Source: Macrostomum lignano
Taxonomy: Eukaryota
Direction of reading: 5' to 3'
DNA length: 64,000 nucleotides
Assembly: GCA_002269645.1 (NCBI GenBank)
Contig: NIVC01000260.1
Coordinates: forward strand, 588,461 to 652,460
The notes beneath the pieces are model-generated. The model searched no databases, was not told the DNA's origin, and saw nothing but the letters and a program-made list of their open reading frames with translations. The stretch's first letter is position 1, and the number at the start of each line of letters is the position of its first letter. This document shows, one piece after another, positions 48,931 to 61,574 of this stretch. A program made the position numbers and the translations under genes.

Positions 48931-49590
48931 CACAGACAGACAGACACTGACATCAAGTCCCCATCAATTTCCCAGGCTCAATGCGCCGCTGCCTGCCGGT
49001 TGCGCACCGCCGCTGCAGCCAGCTCGGACGCCGCTGCCGAGTACCGGCAGGTGCACTGCAGCCTGGCCGCTTTTCACAACCCCTGCTCCGACGAGCTGGA
49101 GTTCCTGCTGTGCACCTGCGCCAGTGCGGTGCCAACAACGCCGCAGCAGCAGCCTCCGCAGCCGCACGCAATGATGGAGCACCCGCATCAGGCTCTGGAC
49201 AGCTGCTGGCAGCAAACTACTGCTGCCTACGATTATTGCTGGCAGCCTCAGCAGCCCCAGCCTCTCATGCCCGACCAACTGCAGCATCCGATGCAGCCGC
49301 ATCTCCAGCATCATCCTGGGCAGCAGCCGCCGCCGCAGCTGCACCACCAGCAGCTCGCCCAGCATCACGGGTTGCCCTGGCAACAGCACCAGCATCAGCA
49401 AGATTATTCATCTTCGCCGTTGCAGCACCAGCCGGAGCTGGCAGCTGGTGCCGCCGGTGTGTCGCCGGATTCTGACGCCGCCGCTGCCGCCGCCGCCGCT
49501 GCTGCCGCCGCCGCAGCAGCCGATGTTGTATCCTGCCTGTACCAGCAGCAGCAGCAGCAGTACCACTCAGCTGACTCCGCTCTGCCCTAG
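46707..49590 (+). CDS. arnt: ARNT/tango-like bHLH-PAS transcription factor, 3 exons (46707-47352, 47783-48405, 48976-49590), ~627 aa
   Basis: b[30 protein letters not shown]...[32 protein letters not shown]...DLKTGTVKK...[16 protein letters not shown] ...[16 protein letters not shown]-rich tail. Intron phases consistent. Confidence 0.9.
47388..47765. repeat. Imperfect tandem repeat (aaaatcgatacatatcggta) in ARNT intron 1
   Basis: Read directly from the sequence. Confidence 0.8.
48711..48948. repeat. (GACA)n microsatellite in ARNT intron 2
   Basis: Read directly from the sequence. Confidence 0.95.
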
Positions 49591-49839
49591 GACTAATCCT
49601 TATTGATTTTTGAGTTATTGTTGAATATGTCAGATTAATTATGTATTCCTGTGCTGATTGTGTCTCTGTCTGTTAGGCCCTACTGGAAACTGTAGTGTAC
49701 ATGTGGCCGGTCAAGAGAGCTCAAAAGCTGTGTGAAGTGTTTATTAAAGGCCTGAAATTCAACAAGTTAGGAGGAGTCATTGGAAAGCGGAGAGTCTCAT
49801 CTCTCATATACAATAGTTACATTCATAATAATGTTTGAT

Positions 49840-50073
49840 TACACCTGTCGAATTGGGCCAGATGTGCAACCGACAGCTCAGCCATCTGAAGGCTGCGTCC
49901 GGCTGTTCAGTCCAAGGACTGGAGGGGAGTCGCCACACACCCTCAATTACCCCAGCTAATGCTGGCACCCATTTTACAGCTGTCCTGCTCAAGTACACAA
50001 GTTGTTCTTCATGGGTCAAGAATCGAACCCCCGACCTTCCAGTCGTGAGTCCGACGCTCTGACCACTAGGCTA
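49840..50073 (-). mobile_element. tRNA-derived SINE, same family as 22233-22390
   Basis: tagtggtcagagcgtcggact...ggttcgattc head; shared gagggtgtgtggcgactc. Confidence 0.75.
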
Positions 50074-50756
50074 GAATCCCTACAAGTGACAAGGCACTGA
50101 TTACAGGTTCCTCTACAACCGTTTGTCTTTTAACGCTGAAACTGAGATTTCGGCCATAGACAGTTGCAGGACAGGCACTTGTAGACTTTGCAAAACTTGT
50201 TTAAATTACTCCTTGAATATTATAATAATCTAACTGGCCTGCTTAAACATTTCACAACAATATTGTTGCTTTGTTTGCGTTAGCTGAATTGGTGTGTTTT
50301 TATTACCAATCTGTTATATTATTACCGTTAATTGTTGTTTGCAGCTGTAAACTTTGACATTTTTAGGTTACTACTGATTCACGCCAGTAGTAAGTAGTGT
50401 AGTTGGAGCGGAAATTTTTCTTTTAATTTTTTTCAAAAGCGAACGTTTTTGGAACAGACGTGTCTGTTTTTTACTGTTTTTCTGTTTCTGTCTAATTGTG
50501 TTTATAAATTTGTAGGTATTGTTTAATGATTTGCTGCGGTTTATAGTAAAGTTTTTGGCACACCGAGTGTCAATGGTTTGCAAAGTTATTTATTATTGTG
50601 TGTGTTTGCTATTTATTGTCTTTATCGTCAAATAAACTGTATTAAAATCATATTAATATTATATATATGCTAGTGTCTGCTTGCACTTGTGAATAGTTGC
50701 TGAGGACATCGTTAAAATAACCGAGTCTTACATTTGTCTTGTTAAATTTCCACCGG

Positions 50757-51329
50757 TGTGACTGAGATATACCTGTTATTTATACTCACTGAGCACAGGT
50801 GTGACTGAGATATACCTGTTATTTATACTCACTGAGCACAGGTGTGACTGAGCTGAGATATACCTGTTATTTATACTCACTGAGCACAGGTGTGACTGAG
50901 ATATACCTGTTATTTATACTCACTGAGCACAGGTGTGACTGAGATATACCTGTTATTTATACTCACTGAGCACAGGTGTGACTGAGATATACCTGTTATT
51001 TATACTCACTGAGCACAGGTGTGACTGAGATATACCTGTTATTTATACTCACTGAGCACAGGTGTGACTGAGATATACCTGTTATTTATACTCACTGAGC
51101 ACAGGTGTGACTGAGATATACCTGTTATCTATACTCACTGAGCACAGGTGTGACTGATATATATACCTGTTATTTATACTCACTGAGCACAGGTGTGACT
51201 GAGATATACCTGTTATTTATACTCACTGAGCACAGGTGTGACTGAGATATACCTGTTATTTATACTCACTGAGCACAGGTGTGACTGAGATATACCTGTT
51301 ATTTATACTCACTAAGCACAGGTGTGACT
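50757..51329. repeat. 43-bp minisatellite, ~13 copies
   Basis: Unit tgtgactgagatatacctgttatttatactcactgagcacagg, head-to-tail with no spacers. Confidence 0.95.
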
Positions 51330-51829
51330 GAAGTTGCAAGCAAAAGTTTGTCGTCTTTAAAAATTGCAAAAAAGTTATCCACAATAAAAGTTGAATTCTA
51401 ATTTGAATTTGCAAAGAAGCAATGGGTCTTAGAATCCAATGCATAATTTACTGAATTGAATACATTATGCGCACATAGAGTTCGGTAAGTCAATTTTAGA
51501 GGCAAGCATGGCTGGGCAGACAGTTAAACAAAGGGCATGGAGTATTTTAATATATTTTAACGCTTTGATACACAGATTAAAACAGTTCTGATACTGGGGT
51601 GAATGTACAATTCCTAGCATTTGTTGCACGTAGAATACAAGCCAAGTAAGTTGGCTGTGTGTAAGTTGTAAAAAATGCACACCGATCCTGCTCTACTATG
51701 TACTGTGCCGCAATTGTATGTCAAATACGAGCGTAGCTGCGTGTGCATGGATCAACACCTGTGCAAAATGTTCAAATACTGTAACTTTGCTCATGCGGAC
51801 AGGCGGGAGAGTGGAAGATGGAGAGAGGA

Positions 51830-52215
51830 AAGCAGAGAAGAGGGAGATAGGAAGAGAGGGAGCCACGAGAAAGTAGATAGAGGAGAGTAGATGCTAGATA
51901 CTAGATAAGAGAGGGTACATAGAGAAGAATAGATGCTAGATAAGAGATCGAGTAGATAGAGGAGAGTAGATGCTAGATGATAGATAAGACAGGGTAGATA
52001 GAGATTAGTAGATGCTAGATAAGAGCGGGTAGATAGAGGAGACTCGATGTTAGATAAGAGAGGGTAGATAAAGGAGAGTCGACGATAGATAAAAAAGGTG
52101 ATAGAGGAGAGTAGAGGGTAGATAGAGGAGGGTAGATGCTAGATGCTAGATAAGAGAGGGTAGATAGAGGAGAGTAGACGATAGATAAAAAAGGGAGATA
52201 GAGGTGGAGAGACTA
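51830..52215. repeat. GA/GATA-rich low-complexity repeat
   Basis: gatagaggagagtagatgcta variants. Confidence 0.8.
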
Positions 52216-52470
52216 AGGAAGAGTCCACACTCGGACGGGGGGGTGCCGCAGGGACGCTCGGGTCAAGTATTTAAACACAGTTGGCTCTCATTCACGAGCC
52301 TGTAAGTCTTCCCTACTAGAAGCAGTAGGGATAACAGGTAGATAATGTAGATATCAGTAATAGAAAATAAAGCAATACAATCGTGCTGGACTACTTGAGA
52401 CTAAGAGAGCAGGGTGTGGCTGGCTGGAATTCCCAGGTTCCGAGGGACTGGTGGGGCTGCGCGGGTCAAT

Positions 52471-55400
52471 TCACACGAACGGACTGCGGCAGGGCAGCTG
52501 CTGCTGAGGCATCGGGTTCTGCTGACTGAACTGCTGCTCAAAGAACATCGACTGTTGGGCGGCTGCAGCTGCGGACTCTGCGACGCCTCCGCCGTGGAAT
52601 CCAATGCCAGACTGCTGCTGAAGCATCTGCTGATGCTGATGGTGCTGAGGATGCTGCTGATGGAGCAGCTGCTCTGTCTGCACGGGAATGCCGCTGATGC
52701 TGTGGAGGCTGTTGAACTTTTCCCTGCGGGGGATGGAGTGAATTGAAGAATTTGAATGAGCCTTGGCATCTTAGTTAATTCCCCATGAGCCTTGACATCT
52801 TAGTTAATTCCCTATGAGCCTTAGCATCTTAGTTAATTCCCTATGAGCCTTGGCATCTTAGTTAATTCCCTATGAGCCTCAGCATCTTAGTTAATTCCCC
52901 ATGAGCCTTGGCATCTTAGTTAATTCCCTATGAGCCTCAGCATCTTAGTTAATTCCCTATGAGCCTTGGCATCTTAGTTAATTCCCCATGAGCCTTGGCA
53001 TCTTAATTATTCATTTCCTAACAGCATTGATGCTTAAGAGCGATTCCCCATGAACATTTACGCCTGAGAGCGATTCCCCATGAACCTTGGCGCCTGAGAG
53101 AAATTCCCCATGAACCTTGGCGCCTGAGAGCAATTCCCCATGAACCTAGGCGCCTGAAAACAATTCCCCATGAACCTAGGCGCCTGAAAACAATTCCCCA
53201 AGAACCTTGGCACCTGAGAGCAATTCCCCATGATCATTAGCGCCTGAGAGCAATTCCCATGAACCTTGGCGCCTGAAAACAATTCCCCATGAACCTAGGC
53301 GCCTGAAAACAATTCCCCATGAACCTTGGCACCTGAGAGCAATTCCCCATGATCATTAGCGCCTGAGAGCAATTCCCCATGAACCTAGGCGCCTGAGAGC
53401 AATTCCCCATGAACCTAGGCGCCTGAGAGCAATTCCCCATGAACCTAGGCGCCTGAGAGCAATTCCCCATGAACCTAGGCGCCTGAGAGCAATTCCCCAT
53501 GAACCTAGGCGCCTGAGATCAATTCCCCATGAACCTAGGGCCGCCCAGCCACTCACTCCTTAATCAAATCGGATCCCATCGCCATCCGCCTCGCCTGCAG
53601 CTCCGTGTCTCGAACTTTCTGATCCTTCTTGAACTTCATTCGCCGATTTTGGAACCAAATTTTGATTTGCCGCTCCGTGAGATTCAGCGAACTTGCCAGC
53701 TCGATGCGGCGTGGCCGGCACAGGTAGCGGTTGAAGTGGAACTCCTTCTCCAGCTCCACCAGCTGCGCGTTCGTGTAGGCCGTGCGAACTCGCTTTGATG
53801 CGCCCAAGTCGTCTGCGGGGTAGGGGCGGGGCGTTGGGGCTTGTGAATCTCCCCTCAGTAGAATCTCCCCTCAGTAGAATCTCCCTTCAGTAGAATCTCC
53901 CCTCAATAGAATCTCCCCTCGGTAGTATCTCCCCTCAGTAGAATCTCCCCTCAGTAGAATCTCCCCTCAGTAGAATCTCCCCTCAGTAGAATCTCCCCTC
54001 AGTAGAATCTCCCATCAGTAGAATCTCCCCTCAGTAGAATCTCCCCTCAGTAGAATCTCCCCTCAGTAGAATCTCCCCTCAGTAGAATCTCCCCTCAGTA
54101 GAATCTCCCCTCAATAGAATCTACCCTTAGTAGAATCTCCCCTCAGTAGAATCTTCCCTCAGAAGAATCTCCCCTTAGTAGAATCTCCGCTTTTAGCAAA
54201 GCAAGGCTTGTGTTGTGAATAGAAGTGCAGGTTGTTAAATTTTGTAATTACATTCCTTTTAAAAGCCTTATAAAGAGCAGGAAAGATTCCAAAAAAGTTT
54301 CAGTTGTAAAAAAGCGTATTAATCGAAATACTCTGTTTCTTTGTCACCGTAATCTTCTTTAAAAGAATGGATTCACGCGGCTGTCACAGGCAGTTCAGCC
54401 AAAAAAATAACTTTTTTGTTGCTTTGGAATGGACTTGGCTGAAAGCATGGCGCCCATTTGCAACATGGTGAAACGTTTTCAGTGTTTGGCTTCACTGCAG
54501 ACAGTCAGTCATCGGGCAGGGAGGCCGGAACATGGCGTTCAAGACTGTGCCGCAGGAGGTAGACTTCGCTGTGGAAATACATCGCCTTGCTCGCGAGGGT
54601 GTCAGGATTGGCGCTACTTTTAGTGTCAGGATTGGCGCCAGATTTAGTGTGAGGATTGGCGCAACTTTCTAGTGTCAGGACTGGCGCCACTTTTAGTTTC
54701 AGAACTGGCGCCACATTTAGTGTGAGGATTGGCGCCACTTTTAGTATCAGGACTGGTGCCACTTTAGGTGTCAGCATTGGTGCCACATTTGGTGTAAGGA
54801 TTGGCGCCTCTTTTGGTGTCAGGCTTGGCGCCATTTTTCGTATCAGTATTGGCGTCATTTTTGTGTCAGTATTGGCGCCACTTTTAGTGACAGGATTGGC
54901 GCCACTTTTGGTGTCAGGATTGGCGCCACTTTTAATGACAGGATTGGCGCCACTTTTGGTGTCAGTATTGGCGCCACTTTTAGTGACAGGATTGGCGCCA
55001 CTTTTGGTGTCAGGATTGGCGCCACTTTTAATGACAGGATTGGCGCCACTTTTAGTGACAGTATTGGCGCCACTTTTTGTGTCAGAATTGGCGCCACTTT
55101 TGGTGTGAGGATTGGCGCCACTTTTGGTGTCAGGATTGGTGCCACTTTTGGTGACATGATTGGCGCCACTTTTTGTGTCAGAATTGGCGCCACTTTTGGT
55201 GTGAGGATTGGCGCCACTTTTGGTGTCAGGATTGGTGCCACTTTTGGTGACATGATTGGCGCCACTTTTGGTGTGAGGATTGGCGCCACTTTTGGTGTCA
55301 GGATTGGTGCCACTTTTGGTGTCAGAATTGGCGCCACTTTTGGTGTGAGGATTGGCGCCATTTTTGGTGTGAGGATTGGCGCCTCTTTTGGTGTGAGCAG

Positions 55401-58400
55401 AGGCGCCATCAAGAGTTACACGCAGACGGTTGCAGAGGGTGCTTCCAACTCCATAGTCAAGAAGATGTTGAGCGCCCTGGTCGGGAAGCTGGGCTCTGCC
55501 TCATATTATATTTTATTCTGTAAACTTCCGTGAGGGTGGCGGGCCACTTTTTCTATGAAACAGCGTCTGGGCCTTGTTTTTTATCAGTTTTCATTTAAGC
55601 GAAAGACTTATTTGACTGGCAATAAATATAAATCTCGTCTAGAAAGTGGATGGTTATTTCGTAGATAAGTCTGCTTTCCTCTGCGCGTTGTCAAAGAAAG
55701 AAGTTGCTTGTCTCAAATTTGGGTTTGTGTGGTTGCATAGCGCTGACGTCATCATAATATTTATGGCGCTTGTTTTACGAGCTATAGCTGCTTTGTTTAA
55801 TTCTTCAAGATATTTTTCTGGCGTTTCTCTGAGTTTAGTTGCTAAGCGTGGCTGCAGAGTCTACCGCTGACAAGAAGAATGCCACAGTCACCTCACTCGC
55901 GTCTTGTGTGCACAGAAATTGGTCAGCCAGTGGGTTGTCATGACGATTGGAAAGCCAAAGAGCCGCTGTACACCCCGTGTGAGCATGGGTATGAGTGCAT
56001 TCCTGCGTGTACATTATCAAGCAGGCAACAATTGCAGACCAAAAACCTGCAAACAATTGCTGTCAACACAGTCCAGCACAGGACACAGTGCTTGCTTATA
56101 TCAATGTAGCATGCAGGTGCAGCATTTACCCACAGATCAAAGGGGCCGCACTCCAAGTTGAGTATAGGAGCGGCAGTGTGCAATAGTCACCATGCGATAC
56201 GGGGATTCAGTCAGTTCTCAGAGGGAATTGTCTGGGGCTGGGTTTAATTCCGTATGGGAAGAATCGATAGGGGACTTGGGTTGCGCATTAACGCTAGTGG
56301 AGAAGGCAGTGCCATTGTGTGGCAATCAATGTGCGGGGTCAGTGTGTGTGTGTGTGTGTGTGTGTGCAGCATAGTATTTCTACTGCCATTCATAAGCTAT
56401 TTCGGAACTCCAATAGCTCGACTTTACAGGCCACAGCTTAAAAAATAGCAAAATGTAATAATGAGATTCATTTGGACTGTTTCTTGAGTCCTAATTTGAC
56501 AATTAGCCACCTCGGACGCAGTGGCCATAAGGAGTAGGCATGGCGGCCAACTAATTTAATTTGTCAACTAAACTGGTGAGTGTGAGAACACAACTTAAAA
56601 ACAAAAAATATAGTCTGTGGCGCTAAATTGGCGCTAAAATCCCAACAGTGGCGCTAAATTGGCGCTAAAATCTCAACAGTGGCGCTAAATTGGCGCTAAA
56701 ATCTCGGCTGTATCGCTAACTTGGCGCAAAAATCCTAACAGTGGCGCTAAATTGGCGCTAAAATCTAGTTGAGAGAGCGGGCCAGTGTTTGAGACAGGAA
56801 AGGAGAGGGAATAGAGAAGAGAGAAAACGACAGAGCTGAGAAGAGACACAAGCCTTGAGCGGGCCGGATTGCTATTGTGAAGTTTCAAAGGACCCGAGGG
56901 CCGGATAGAGAGACTTTGCGGACCGGAGGTTGCTATCTCTAGCGACTGAAGATCATGAAGAGCATGTCCTAAAGAATGGCAAATTTGGCACCATTTTTCC
57001 TATGATCTGTATGAAATAGAAATTCTGCAACAAAAAATTGTAATGATAAAATTAATCTAATATGGTCCCGGCTGACACCTCAATTACAAAATTCTTGACA
57101 CTGTATTTGGGGAATTCTCTCTTGAAAGGAGACACTGTGCATGCTCGGGGGGGTTCGGCAGGGTGGGTCATCAATCTTGGAAGCTGGGCGGGCAGCCAAC
57201 TATTATAAAGATGAAGAGCCGTAGCCAATGCACCCGACATTTATGCCTCGGTAGATCGCTTTGGAAAGGATATCCCATCTCCATCATTTTGAGGATTTTG
57301 AGCACAACCAAGCCCTACTCAAGCCTACACTAGCCACATAGGTGCTCTCCCGCCTTCCAGCTCTAGCGCTCATTCTTCATGCAAATTCCTTGGCCAAGCA
57401 GCGGGGGGTATTTACGAAAATTATGCAAAACTGGAGCATCATCTATCATTTGTCCTTGGGAAGATTAATAGACTTTCTCTCCTGCATTCCTTCGGGTTCG
57501 AGCGGATCCAACGATTTCAGACAAAATCTGAGGGATCTCAATCATTTTGTGGAGCGTCCCGTAGTTTTTGCGCTGGCCGTTCTACGCTTTTCTATTTGAA
57601 TATTGTTATTAGTGTTGGTATTATTATTATTATTGTTTAAGCGCCGGTTAAGCGCCAAATTTTAGCGCCAATTGAGCGCCAAATATTAGCGCCGGTTAAG
57701 CGCCAAATTTTAGCGCCGGTAAGGGGTCCCTGGCCATTTTTACCTCCCCTAGATGGGTCCCCCATTGTAGTTGAGCCCCCAGCTAAAAATAATTAATTAT
57801 TAATTCCTTACCTAATATATTATAAAACATAAAGTTTAGAGTACGGGAGATAAAGATTCTCAAAACAAACAATACAAACTATCATACTGTATTAGAATTT
57901 AATTAACAAAATAATACATAAATTTGCGTCCCGACTAGGATACAATCCTTGTTCTGGCGCTCCCTAATCCTTGTTCTGGCACTCCCTAATCCTTGTTCTG
58001 GCGCTCTCTAATCCTGGTTCTGCGCTCCCTAATCCTTGTTCTGACACTCTCTAATCCTTGTTCTGGCGCTCTCTAATCCTTATTCTGGCGCTCTCTAATC
58101 CTTGTTCTGGCGCTCTCTAATCAACCAACAAGCTTTGAAATAGATTCATTATTTGCTTAAAAAGATTCCAAATTACAGTTTTGTACAAAGCAGAATCAGT
58201 CTATTTATGCTAAGAAATAATTGCCCCTGGCTTAGTCTCTCATTGTTTGGGAAGAATTGGGAAGCTGCCGCCGCCACAGCAGCTCCAAGCCCCGAAACCC
58301 GGCCCGGGGGAAGCGGCACCCCCTGTTCGGGGCAGTGTGTGCGGAAGCGTTGTTCATAGTGAAAATTTATGACCCTGTGTTATACCAACTCCTGGCTGCT

Positions 58401-60440
58401 GGAGCCTTGTTGTCGTTGCGGACTTGACAGAGAGAATAAGGTGGCCGACCCCACCCCCCCCCCCGATGAGGGATTGTGCGCTGCCCGCCGGGGGTAACCA
58501 GCTGCAGGTTATAAATTATTGCTGCCCAAATACTCCTGGACCCTAGAGCTCCGGGATTTTCTGCTTGGAATTGCATTGGGTTTCTGCTTGTTTGGGGTGG
58601 GGGGGGCAAGGGGATCTGGAAATACTTTGTGCTGGGGATATAATGAGCGGCTTTGGTTGTCTCTCTTGGAGGGTGCGGTGCAGGGAGTGCAACTGTTCGC
58701 GCTTCGAAAGCTTAACTGAGCACACGGAGTCGCCGCCCTCCGCTGAGGAGCTGATGCGGCAGAGAGACTGACGAGAGTTACTTGTTCTATGCTATATGGA
58801 AGAACAACTCAGAGAATCACTCCTAGGGAAGAATGTCCAACTCGGAGAATCACTCCTAGGGAAGAATGTCCAACTCGGAGAATCACTCCTAGGGAAGAAT
58901 GTCCAACTCGGAGAATCACTCCTAGGGAAGAATGTCCAACTCAGAGAATCACTCCTGGGGAAGAATGTCCAACTCAGAGAATCACTCCTAGGGAAGAATG
59001 TCCAACTCAGAGAATCACTCCTAGGGAAGAATGTCCAACTCGGAGAATCACTCCTAGGGAAGAATGTCCAACTCGGAGAATCACTCCTAGGTAAGAATGT
59101 CACTCAGAGAATCACTCTAAGTAAACAATGTCACTCGGAGAATCACTCCTAGGGAAGAATGTCACTCGGAGATTCACTCCTAGGGAAGAATGTCACTCAG
59201 AGAATCACTCCTAGAGAAAAATGTCCAACTCGGAGATTCACTCCTAGGGAAGAATGTCACTCAGAGAATCACTCCTAGAGAAAAATGTCCAACTCGGAGA
59301 ATCACTCCTAGGAAAGAATGTCACTAAGAGAATCACTCCTAGTTAACAATGTCACTCAGAGAATCACTCCTAGTTAACAATGTCACTCGGAGAATCACTC
59401 CTAGAGAAAAATGTCCAACTCGGAGAATCACTCCTAGAGAAAAATGTCCAACTCGGAGAATCACTCCTAGAGAAAAATGTCCAACTCGGAGAATCACTCC
59501 TAGAGAAAAATGTCCAACTCGGAGAATCACTCCTAGAGAAAAATGTCCAACTCGGAGAATCACTCCTAGGGAAGAATGTCACTCAGAGAATCATTCTAAG
59601 TAAACAATGTCACTCGGAGAATCACTCCTAGTAAAAAATGTCACTCGGAGAATCACTCCTAGGGAAGAATGTCACTGGGAGATTCACTCCTAGTGAAGAA
59701 TGTCACTCAGAGAATCACTCCAAGTAAACAATGTCATCAGAGAATCACTCCAAGTAAAAAATGTCACTCGGAGAATCACTCCTAGTAAAAAATGTCACTC
59801 GGAGAATCACTCATCGCTGCATCAATTCCATTCATTTTGCATCAACCAATCAGCTGTAGATTATTGAAAAAAAGGATAATATATATTTTAGAGTCCGATT
59901 GCACACGACACGGCTGCAGTTGCTATGGTAAGGGAGCTGTGCATCGAAGCTTTATGCATGGATATATATAAATGTATGTTTATTTGTTAGTCCATATATA
60001 TATAGTTCAGTGGCGTCGATCTATAAAGTAATTTCGTATATAGGTGGAGCAATGCCATAAATTCACTGCCCCTCGTGTTAGGCAGATAGCAATAACCAAG
60101 TTATAGTTATGATGATGAAGCCAGACTCACCTCCGCTTGCAGACGCTGTTCCGCAGTCCAGCTGCCCAACCAGGTGCTGGTGACTCGCGTCGCTGGCGAC
60201 TGCTGCAGCAGTGGAAGCGGCAGCGGTGGCTGCAGTGACAGCTGGAGCAGCCTTGCCAGACTGTCCAGCAGCTCTGGACAGTGCAGCAGCGGTGGACTTG
60301 TTCGTGGCGGAGTTGTGCCGAGTCTCCAGCATCCATGGATAGATCGGGTGATGCAGCATTCCAACTCCGCCTCCGTTCTGTTGTCTGACTCCGTGATGCT
60401 GGTGATGATGCTGCTGTTGGTGTCCGTGGACATTTGTCAT
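52471..60440 (-). CDS. hox3: Hox paralog group 3-like homeodomain protein, 3 exons (60440-60131, 53812-53557, 52723-52471), ~272 aa
   Basis: Hexapeptide HPIYPWM in exon 1. Homeodomain [61 protein letters not shown] carries PG3-type residues ([31 protein letters not shown]). GT-AG introns with consistent phases. An additional upstream exon is not excluded. Confidence 0.88.
52758..53539. repeat. Two related minisatellites (29 bp and 30 bp) filling Hox3 intron 2
   Basis: catcttagttaattccctatgagccttgg (52758-53003); caattccccatgaacctaggcgcctgagag (53035-53539). Confidence 0.92.
53847..54188. repeat. 16-bp minisatellite (agtagaatctcccctc)
   Basis: Read directly; Hox3 intron 1. Confidence 0.95.
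54600..55400. repeat. 24-bp minisatellite (ggattggcgccacttttggtgtca)
   Basis: Read directly; Hox3 intron 1. Confidence 0.95.
56618..57722. repeat. Inverted pair of GGCGCTAAA(T) repeat clusters (possible MITE ends)
   Basis: gtggcgctaaattggcgctaaa repeats at 56618-56765; tttagcgcc repeats at 57640-57722. Confidence 0.6.
57948..58121. repeat. 22-bp minisatellite (ctaatccttgttctggcgctct)
   Basis: Read directly from the sequence. Confidence 0.9.
58805..59815. repeat. 33/30-bp minisatellite (ggagaatcactcctagggaagaatgtccaactc)
   Basis: Read directly; Hox3 intron 1. Confidence 0.95.
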
Positions 60441-61574
60441 GATGTCTGACTTGGACGCAATAAAACTCGAGACTTTGACGATGAAATGTTCGCAGTTGCA
60501 GAATTCGGAGTTGCAGAGCCGCCGCCACTATTTTGGCAATTAGACCTCTAGAGATTGGGGAGTTTCTCCTCTTCGCCCCAGGGCTAATGCGGCGGTGGGA
60601 TCTGTGGGGTGGCGGGCAATGGGGAGGGGAGAGCGGCGCTTTGGTTGGCTGGGATGTGGAGCCTCTCCGAAATATCCCCTTTCCCTCGCTGCATATGGGT
60701 CCAGTCCAGGCTTAGCCAACAACACTCTGTCAGAAGCGGGCGGCGGCGGCGTGTCCAGAAGAGAAAAAGAGAGAGAGGGAGACAAGGAAAAATAATACGG
60801 CTTATTTTTGTCGGGCCGCTTCTAACTGGCCTTTGATCTCTGTGCGTGTGTCTGTTGTGTGTGTCTGCATTTCTGATCCGATCTGAGCTTCAGAAGTTTA
60901 ACTACCGCCAGCCCCAAGCTGCACCACCCGAAGCAAAGTGGCTGGCGGACCCCCCCCCCGCCTCCCCCCCTCTCTCTCCCTATGCGGAAGTAGTAGTTTT
61001 TTTCGACTCGGCATTTCTGTAACAGACACCCCGTTGTGGTGCAATGTTAGATTGTGCGCAACTGCCCCAGCAAGCTGACTGTAGCGGCACTGCTAGATGT
61101 AGGTGTCCATCGAACCCATCTTTTTCCGATTGGATGCTCACAACAGAGGAAGGATGTGCTGGTTGGCTACTGGAAGAGATTAAGAAGTGTTTAGAAGTGT
61201 TGCGGAGAGAACATTCGGATCTGCATTCGATGGGGAGGGGTTTAGGGACGGCGGAGCGGGGGGAGAGAGAAGGGGAGACTTGGTTGGGGATAACAGCGGG
61301 GTTCAGAGGAAGCGGCGGTCCCCCGCTGTTGCGACGCCAAAAGCACAAAGTGGCCGCCACTCTTCCAGCTGACTTCGCTTGTCCAAATTATAATGTAATT
61401 TTGCATGCATAGCAGCTTTTACATGTAACTGACAACTGCAGGATGGGTGAGCCTTTTTTTCCCAATGCCTTGTTCATATCGGGTTTAATTTTGCCTGTGC
61501 CTATGACAATCACACCTGTTTTTGTGTCCTCCACTGTTGAAAAAGGCTTTTGAAGCTGCTATATGAGTCTTGGA

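Noticed and set aside
48548-48956. VCLS / TDRQ ORFs near ARNT
   Set aside because: (GACA)n tract in intron 2; the real exon starts at the 48976 acceptor.
50757-51329. CRISPR-like regular array
   Set aside because: Head-to-tail identical 43-bp units with no unique spacers and no cas genes, in a eukaryotic context. The same applies to the 58.8-59.8 kb array.
54505-55533. APILTPKV / GATFGVRI repeat ORFs
   Set aside because: 24-bp minisatellite inside Hox3 intron 1, open in several frames on both strands.
58789-59631. Overlapping repetitive ORFs ([11 protein letters not shown] and similar)
   Set aside because: Translations of the 33-bp minisatellite.
60980-61412. ORFs upstream of Hox3 as a possible first exon or separate gene
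   Set aside because: No recognisable domain and no splice path to exon 1 that I could support.
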